NCBI RefSeq assembly: GCF_006345805.1
Contig: NC_042999.1
Coordinates: 55,614,001 to 55,678,000, forward strand
DNA length: 64,000 bases
Direction of reading: 5' to 3'
Source: Octopus sinensis
Taxonomy: Eukaryota
The translations under genes and the position numbers were made by a program. Every line of letters starts with the position of its first letter. The first letter of the stretch is position 1. The notes beneath the pieces are model-generated. The model made no database searches. It saw only the letters and a list, made by a program, of their open reading frames with translations, and was not told where the DNA came from. This document shows positions 56,186 through 64,000 of this stretch, piece by piece.

Positions 56186-56665
56186 TTATGTGACATTTCC
56201 TTACACATGTCTTTACTGACAAGGCATTAACAAATGTGACAGTGCGGATGACATCAGAATGATTCTGAATTTATTACAGAATGAGAAGAGTTAAACTCAT
56301 TGTCCTTTCATTAGTTGAGAAACTCATGTCACAACAGAGAGACAATCGAACATTACACAATTAACGTCACACCTAATATAACAGAAAAATGGCGGCTGGT
56401 TTAACTTCAGAGAAGATTGGATTACTGCAAAAGAAAATCGTCAGTCTCGTTCTTGTTTTTGTTATCGACGTCTTCGTTATTGTTGAGCACAGAGTATTCC
56501 TTGATCTAGGAAATCTGTGATCAAATGCGTTCCCACCGGGCAGGCCATACATCAATTTCTTTTTTTTTTTTTTTCAGACGCAATGGGTTCAGAACGACAT
56601 TGCTCATGTGTTCCTAGGGTGTTCCTCGGTGTCTGTCAAAAGAATATTATTGAAATTTCCTATAC

Positions 56666-57030
56666 GCTGTGTAAGTAGCTTGCTTACCAACCAACATGGT
56701 TCTGAGTCCAGTCCCACTGCGTGGCACCTTGGGTAAGCGTCTTCTATTATAGCCGCGGCTCGACCAAAGCCTTGTGGAAGGATTTGGTAGGCGGAAACTG
56801 AAGGAAGTCCGTCGTATATATATATATGTGCGTATGTGCGTGTGTGCGTGTGTCCACCATCGATTGACAACCAATGTTGGCATGCTTACGTCCCCGTAAC
56901 TTAGCGGTTCAGCAAAAAAGACTCCGGTAGAATAAGAACAAGGCTTTCAAAAAATAAGTCCTGGGTCGATTTCTTCGACTAAAGACGGTGCTCCAGCATG
57001 GCCGCTGTCAAATGACGGGAAACATAGAAG
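56666..57030 (+). mobile_element. SINE family A
   Basis: GCTGTGTAAGTAGCTTGC head through GCTGTCAAATGAC tail. Confidence 0.82.
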
Positions 57031-57602
57031 AACCCAAGTCTAGAAGAAAACCATACAAATTGAAACACCAGCAGCAGTTGCTACAACAAAAACGGAACAG
57101 CAAACAAGAGGGTCTCTACGATCTGCTAGAAATAATAACCAAAACTCTGTCAATTAACACCCCAATGTCTTTAAAAAAACGATACAGCGGATAAGTGTAA
57201 TTATGAATATATTATGCAAGAAAGCGAATAGACAGGATGGTCATAGATCGGACAACGGCGAAACGATGAAAGGTCATCGCAGACGATTAAACAACAAACA
57301 CGGAGAATAACAACGAGCGTGAGAAAAGCTGAGAGTTTCAGTAAAAAGACAAAGAGAACGTGGCAAATGTAGGAAGACCACAGCACAAAAGGTTGGAGCA
57401 CCCTTACACAAAACTAACATACCAAACATACAGACAAACAGAAAACACAATACTTCGAAATCTCACTTAAATACACCTGAAATCACTCACAACAAAACGC
57501 GATACTGTATACCGGAAGTAGCGTCCACATCTTTAAACTAAAGTTCCCAGCGCCATCTTGCTTGGCCTAACACATTAGCTATGACAGTGACAAAGAAAAC
57601 TA

Positions 57603-57644
<42 letters not shown>

Positions 57645-57696
57645 GCACACATACACAAACCAACACATACACGCACAAATACGTGAGTATATGTAG

Positions 57697-57751
<55 letters not shown>

Positions 57752-57752
<1 letters not shown>

Positions 57753-58165
57753 TTTTATTCTTTTATGCTTTTACTTGTTTCAGTCATTTGACTGCGGCCA
57801 TGCCGGAGCACCGCATTTATTCGAACAAATCGACCTCAGGACATTTTTTGTAAGCCTAGTACTTATCCTATCGGTCTCTTTTGCCGAACCACTAAGTTAT
57901 GGTGGTTGTCAAGCGATGGTGGGGAGACAAACACAGACTCACAAATACACACACATACATACACACACATACATACACACACACACACAAACATATATAT
58001 ATATGACGGGCTTCTTCCTGTTTTCGTCTACCAAATCCATTCACAAGGCTTTGGTCGGCCCGAGGCTATAGTACAAGACACTTGCCAAGGTGACACGCAG
58101 TGGGGCTATACCCGGAAGCATGTGGTTGGGAAGCAAGCTTCTTACCACACAGCCACGCCTGCGCC
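57752..58165 (-). mobile_element. SINE family A
   Basis: Reverse complement of family A from head to tail. Confidence 0.85.
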
Positions 58166-58332
58166 TATAAAAAGAGTTACATCAGGTTCTACAATGCTAA
58201 CCATTAAATTTTTGATTCTGATTTTGTCTTGAATTCGTAAACGAACGAAAGCGTTATTAAAGGATTATCCAAAATTCTGGCTGCTTTCTTTTTCTCAATG
58301 TATAATATCTGTACACCATTTCAAACACTCGA

Positions 58333-58387
<55 letters not shown>

Positions 58388-58457
58388 CCTAAAGGCAAAT
58401 AACCTAAATTACTAATAAGTGTTCTAATTTGTTATATATATATGTATATGTATGTAA

Positions 58458-58498
<41 letters not shown>

Positions 58499-58499
<1 letters not shown>

Positions 58500-58709
58500 C
58501 GGGAAGCTTTATGAAAATAGACAAAAGACGAAGGCAGGTGGAAAACAAACAAACAATTGTATTTGTATGGCGCTCAGGAAATATAAATAAAACAAGTCTT
58601 TAACGTTTCGAGCCTACGCTCTTCAACAGAAATATACACAGAGAGAAAAAAAACACAGAAAGAAGGAGAGAAAAAAAATGCGTGCAGTAACTAACGAATC
58701 AACATGGCG
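58499..58709 (-). mobile_element. Penelope pLTR-like unit, family Z, with A6U hammerhead variant (58598-58633)
   Basis: ATTT-CTGTTGA-A-GAGC GTAG GCTC-GAA-ACGT-T-AAAG; same CATGGCG terminus as the 31431 copy. Confidence 0.72.
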
Positions 58710-58719
58710 ATCTGATTTC

Positions 58720-58892
58720 GGCCAGAACAACGAGAGGGCGTGGAACAAGTATAGTATTATTGGACGCTCGGGAAAGAAGGAAAGAAGGAGGGTTTAATGT
58801 TTCGAGCGGAGCTCTTCGTCAGAAACATAGGAAAAGGAAAGATCCAAAGAAGGGAAGACGGAGGAAAAAATCGCCAACGGCAACACGCAGTC
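58720..58892 (-). mobile_element. Penelope pLTR-like unit, family Y, with canonical-core minimal hammerhead (58792-58826)
   Basis: GTTT-CTGACGA-A-GAGC TCC GCTC-GAA-ACAT-T-AAAC. Confidence 0.72.
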
Positions 58893-58904
58893 AATATATA
58901 TATA

Positions 58905-60074
58905 ACTTGGAAGTCGATGCGTGGCGTTCGATCATATAATAACAAATTAATAAATAAAACATATGCATACATACATACATATATGCACATACCTACATCT
59001 ATATGTATATATACATGCATATATGGGTACGGAACACCAAAAAAACGTAGAACACAACGAGAAACGAAAACATAAAAACAATAACATGGAAATGGACTTT
59101 TTCAAACAACGAAAAAACAGAGTACAAGACATACAACACAAGGAACATTCTTCTTCTTCAGCTGCCCCTGCTTCGACTACTCTGTTTCGAAGGTAAGGGC
59201 AAGACACGACTTCGTTGAAACAATTCTTCCCGCAAAGCAAATTAAATAAAATTTGGGATTTTTTGTGGAGGGGTAAAAATGGTGACAAGAACTGGACAGT
59301 AAAAACAAAACAAGACGGTAAAAGCAATACAAATAAAAACAGTAAAAGACAGGACAAGGAGAATAACACAGTAAAAACAAACGATAAGCCTAGACGATGG
59401 AAAAATTAATTTGATCGCATTGAGAAAACGGCTTACGAGGACAGGAGAAGCCGTTGTGGACTTGTTGAAGGCAGTGGTCAGAAAGAAAGTTAGTTACCCT
59501 CTGATCAGCGACGAGAAGGAGGAGGAGGAGTAAGAGAGAGGGAACGGTGAAAAGGAGAGGAGAAGAATAGGGAAGGGTGGGAAAGAAAACCAGAAAGAAT
59601 GAAAAATAAGAGAGGGAGGGAGTCAGGCAGGGAGGGAGGAAGACAGACAAGCAGGGAGGAAAGTAGGGAGGAAAGGTCAAGTAAAGAGTTAAGAGTGCGC
59701 ATCATAATTATTAAGATAAAACTTACTTGGAAGGGTATGCATTGCGTTCGATCATATAATAACAAATTAATAAATAAAACATATGCATACATACATACAT
59801 ACATATATGTACATACCTACATCTATATGTATATATACATGCATATATGGGTTCAGGACACCAAAAAAACGTAGAACACAACGAGAAACGAAAACATAAA
59901 AGCAAAAACATGGAAATGAACTTTTTCAAACAACGAATAAACAGAGTACAAGACATACAACACAAGGAACATTCCTCTTCTTCAATTGCCCCTGCTTTGA
60001 CTACTCCGTGTTTCGAAGGTCAGGGCAAGACACGACTTCGTTGAAACAATTCTTCCCGCAAAGCAGATTAAATA
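58905..60074. mobile_element. Two ~345-bp direct repeats (58905-59248, 59725-60074) around a ~475-bp core; family W-related
   Basis: Offset of about 820 bp with high identity; purine-rich internal segment. Confidence 0.65.
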
Positions 60075-60182
60075 ATAGAGAGAGAGAGACAAACAGACAG
60101 ATAGATAGGTAGATACATACATATATATATATATACATACAAATACATACATAGCAAAAACCAAATATGTCAGATATTATAT

Positions 60183-60229
<47 letters not shown>

Positions 60230-60324
60230 GGCAGGCAGGCAGAGTTGATACTGTACACAAGTCAACCATAACACAGAAAAATCAACTACACGTATGTATG
60301 TATGTATATATGTATGTATGTATT

Positions 60325-60356
<32 letters not shown>

Positions 60357-60884
60357 TGTATGTATGTATGCATGAATGCATGCGTGCGTGCATGTATGTT
60401 TGAATGTATGTATGCATGCATACAGGCATGGCGTATTCACGCTTGTATGTATGTATATATGTATGTATGTCATTATTCAGTTTTATTTCAAGATTTCTTG
60501 CCAATAGAGAAAGAGCCGGCTTCTAACCTAGATTCAAGGTTCCTTCATTGGAATTTCAACATCAACAACAGAGTGCTTTTGTTTGTTTGTTTGTTTGTTT
60601 GTTTGTATGTATGTATGTATGTATGTATGTATGTATGTATGTATGTATATGTGTGTGTATGTATGTATGTATGTATGTATGTATGTATGTATGTATGTAT
60701 GTATGTATGTATGTATGTATGTATATGTGTCTGTGTGTATATATGTATGTGCAGATTTGTATGTTTTATGTCTGTATTCTCATGCATATAGTTGCATATC
60801 TAGACATGCTCATATATATTTAAATGATGAACTTCTGGAAATTTTTACACGTATGTATGTATTATGTGGGCGGATGAATGCATA

Positions 60885-61215
60885 CATGGTTTAGAAAGTG
60901 GGGTTAGCCCTGTGCAAGGCCGTTTCCCACTTTGAAAAGCTTCAGACACAGGCATCCCTCAATTTTAAATACCTCTTTTATGTGCAGCATACTATGGCTG
61001 ACCGTCACCGTAAAAGGTAAAACACCGAACGAAAAATTCCATGATGGGATGAAAACACGAGTCAATAAGAATGGTAACTCTAAGAACACCTGGCGCCCAT
61101 CGGTACCACATCGGTACAAAAGAGTGCAAATCCTTAGCAGGACTGAAAAGTCACATCTATCTGCTTCAAAAGAACAATTAAGCGATGGCATTCTTCGAAT
61201 TCGATTTGTTTCCGC
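60885..61215 (+). mobile_element. RTE-type LINE 3' end, degenerate
   Basis: KECKSLAGLKSH resembles the RTE C-terminal zinc-finger motif; followed by a short GCGATGGC...CGAATTCGA tail. Confidence 0.55.
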
Positions 61216-61612
61216 CGGCTATATTTACGTGTGCATTCATGTGCGTATACATGTATACATGTCTGTATACATTTATGTGTGTTAGAATTTTTGCATGTAT
61301 GTTCTTTACTGTTTTTAGTTATTTAAATTATTCTGCTGAGAAAAGAGCTTGTTTCTAACAAAGATACAAAGTTCCAACTTTGGAATGTAGATAAAAAAAA
61401 ACAATGTCACGTGTTAAACTCGAGAAAAGTCTTGCATATTTTTACTGTTCCACTTAACAAATTGGATTTGTAATGTGCGAATTGGTTGGTTGATTTTCTT
61501 TCTTCTGAAAATTCAAGCATATCCAGACTGTCACTTGGGTATTCGCTCACAAAACCAAGTGCACCAATTATTATTAGTATAAATGTATAAATCTAGATAT
61601 AGAAGCTGGGGG

Positions 61613-61666
<54 letters not shown>

Positions 61667-61669
<3 letters not shown>

Positions 61670-62585
61670 GGTGGGTGGAAGGTAACTAGGCATTAGAAAT
61701 TGCTTATAGAATTTTTACTATCACTGAAGTCATGACGAAAACATTTTTTAAACATACAACACTAATGGGGATTTCTTATTTTCTTATTGTCTTATTTTTT
61801 ATTACTTATTTTCCAGATGGCCGGTCGCTCTACTGTCCAGGAGCGAGCTAAGATAGCAGCACGCTATGAAGTGTGAAATTCCGTTGTTTTGGTTCAGAGA
61901 TGGTGGCGTACATGGAGAGGTAAACATGCAACACTACGTCTAGTGACAATAAAAAGTTGTCCTGCAAAGCTGATGATCATGGGCTCAGTGAACGATGCAA
62001 GAAAAAGTGACCATCCAAGCACATCCCGATCAGCGGAGAACGTGGCAACAGCACAGATGCTTAATCGCAGCCCACAAAAATCAACGCGTCAAGCATCTCG
62101 TGAAAGTGGACGAACAAGACACGCAATACGTACGGTGTTGCATAAAGAATTAAATTTTCGTCCGTGGAAACCCCACTACGTGCAGGAGTTAAAACCTGAA
62201 GGCTGTGATCACAGAATGGAATATGGAGAGTTAATGCTTGGCTGGTATGAAGTTTGGCCTGAATTGTTTGAAAATATCCTCTGGAGTGATGAGGCTGGGA
62301 TGTTATAATACCGATCGCACACTGGAGGACTTGGAGACACGGATTCATGAGATTCTCCATGATACCCCAGACGACATCCTTCAGAAGGTTGTTCATTCCA
62401 TCCCTGGCTGTTTGAGGAAACTAGTTGAAGCCACCAGTGCTTACGTTGAAATATGAAGATTTACTTTCATTTTCCCATCTAATAAAGAACATGTATCTTA
62501 TAAAGAACATGTTTCAATAAATTTGTAAAAGGAATATGGATTTTATTACCAATTTTTAATGCCTACTTACTTTTCACCCACCCTG
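61667..62585 (+). mobile_element. Internally deleted Tc1/mariner element (rosa/DD41D- or maT-like)
   Basis: TIRs CAGGGTGGGTGGAAGGTAACTAGGCATTAG / ...ATGCCTACTTACTTTTCACCCACCCTG and TA TSD; RSPQKSTRQ, VQELKP and ILWSDEA motifs, then a deletion to the C-terminus. Confidence 0.88.
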
Positions 62586-63064
62586 TATATGCAATAGTCG
62601 AAATTTTTTTTTTTATTTGGTGCTAGTGTTCGCGATCTGCAGGTTTTTCCAGTTGACGTTTATGGTTCTTCATAGTCTGTTTTGAGTTGTTGATCTCTAC
62701 AAGGTCACGGCGGACACTCGTGGAATCTTCTGCTGCGATTGAATTTGCCACAAAAGTTTTGACATGTAAGCCTGGCGTTACTCATACAGCGTTCATGGTC
62801 ATTCCATTTGAATCGACGAGTGATAACTTTTACTTCGAGGCTATTTGGCTTCAAAGTCACCAATGGTTACAACATTCTACGAAGTTGTCAGATAAACATA
62901 TTTAATATTTCTCTGCTGTATATGTTATATGATACAATCTCCGTTGAACGATTCTGTGAGCCGGTGGTGAGTTGATTTGAGCGGTAAGAGGTCAACTGTG
63001 GGTTGTTTAGTTTATGTGCCTTTATCGTATTATAAAATATAACAGTAACAACCAGACTCCGGGT

Positions 63065-63330
63065 GTCGTTATACATCGCTAGTCACACCATACATCGCAT
63101 TGTTTTAGCTTTCGAGTCACGCCACCCGGCTTGTTAGGCGAGTAGGTTAACGTCTACCCTTGATCGGAAGGCTGTACCGTTGCAGGGTTACCCAGTTACA
63201 GCTGATAGACTGGAGTAACGTCAAATAAAGTGTTTTGCTCCAGAGCACAACACAACCCTCACTCTGTGAATCGAACTCAGGATCCAGCGATCGTGAGTGC
63301 AACACCCTAACTACTACGCCATGCGCCTTC
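63065..63330 (-). mobile_element. tRNA-headed SINE with CORE-like middle and family C-like tail
   Basis: Head GTGAAGGCGCATGGCGTAGTAGTTAGGG...GAGTTCGATTC; tail GGGTGGCGTGACTCGAAAGCTAAAACAATGCG. Confidence 0.72.
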
Positions 63331-63357
63331 ACAAACCATACAAAATTATTTGAATAA

Positions 63358-63780
63358 GGCGGCGAGCTGGCAGAAACATTAGCACGCCGGGCGAAATGCG
63401 TAGCCGCTTTTCGTCTGCCGTTACGTTCTGAGTTCAAATTCCGCCGAGGTCGACTTTGCCTTTCATCCTTTCGGGGTCGATAACTTAAGTACCAGTTAAA
63501 AACTGGGGTCGATATAATCGACTTAATCCGTTCGTCTGACCTTGTTTGTCCCCTCTGCGTTTAGCCCCTTGTGGGTAGTAAAGAAATAGGTATTTCGTCA
63601 GCCGCTACGTTCTGAGTTCAAATTCCGCCGAGGTTGACTTTGCCTTTCATCTTTTCGAGATCGATTAAATGAGTACCAGTTACGCATTGGGGTCGGTATA
63701 ATCGACTTAATCCTTTTGTTTGTCCTTTGTCTGTCGCCTCTATGTTTAGCACCCCCTTTGGGCAATAAAGAAATAAAAAA
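63358..63780 (+). mobile_element. SINE family B with tandem second unit
   Basis: GGCGGCGAGCTGGCAGAAAC head; core repeated near 63590. Confidence 0.88.
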
Positions 63781-64000
63781 TATAAGTTGGATAAACTCCT
63801 TCTATGAACTGGAAAAGAACATATTTTATTTTGACTGTTTACTGTGGTCATTAATTTATGGACTTTGCTATGTTCTCGAATTTGCTGTTTAAAACTAATT
63901 CCGTGTTTATTTTTCGAAACTATACGTCGTGGTCCGTAACAGATTGTTCTTATCTCTTTTACACATTACAAAGCCGTAAACTTCTTTCTTTTTTTTTTTT

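Noticed and set aside
57196-57572. Possible solo LTR (TGTAA...TAACA)
   Set aside because: No target-site duplication (ATAAG versus CATTA) and no second copy in the window.
62620-62905. GDFEAK as an APE endonuclease remnant (minus strand)
   Set aside because: A single short motif among stops is insufficient evidence.

Overview
Eukaryotic, AT-rich, microsatellite-dense DNA, most likely intronic or intergenic sequence from an octopus. The organism call is an inference from the SINE families. No host protein-coding exon is convincingly recognisable, and most ORF-track entries are translations of microsatellites. The window is a mosaic of mobile elements: several tRNA-headed SINE families; CR1, RTE and Tx1 LINE fragments; a 6-kb cluster of R4/Dong-like (RLE) retrotransposon 3' ends in (AAT)n; Tc1/mariner and hAT elements; foldback MITEs; and a decayed Penelope-like (GIY-YIG) element. 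The standout is a 363-bp tandem array at 3407-6103. Each unit carries a complete type I hammerhead ribozyme fold with a U3-A8 compensatory core change. The array is split into two head-to-head arms and sits in (TA)n, matching a retrozyme-type, probably circRNA-producing non-autonomous retroelement. At least eight further dispersed minimal hammerhead motifs from three Penelope-LTR-like families also occur, one family with a consistent A6U core. Different retroelement classes appear to partition microsatellite targets: (TA)n for the hammerhead/Penelope-like units, (GATA)n for Tx1, and (AAT)n for R4/Dong-like. Coordinates were read by eye, so treat element ends as approximate unless terminal repeats or TSDs are quoted.
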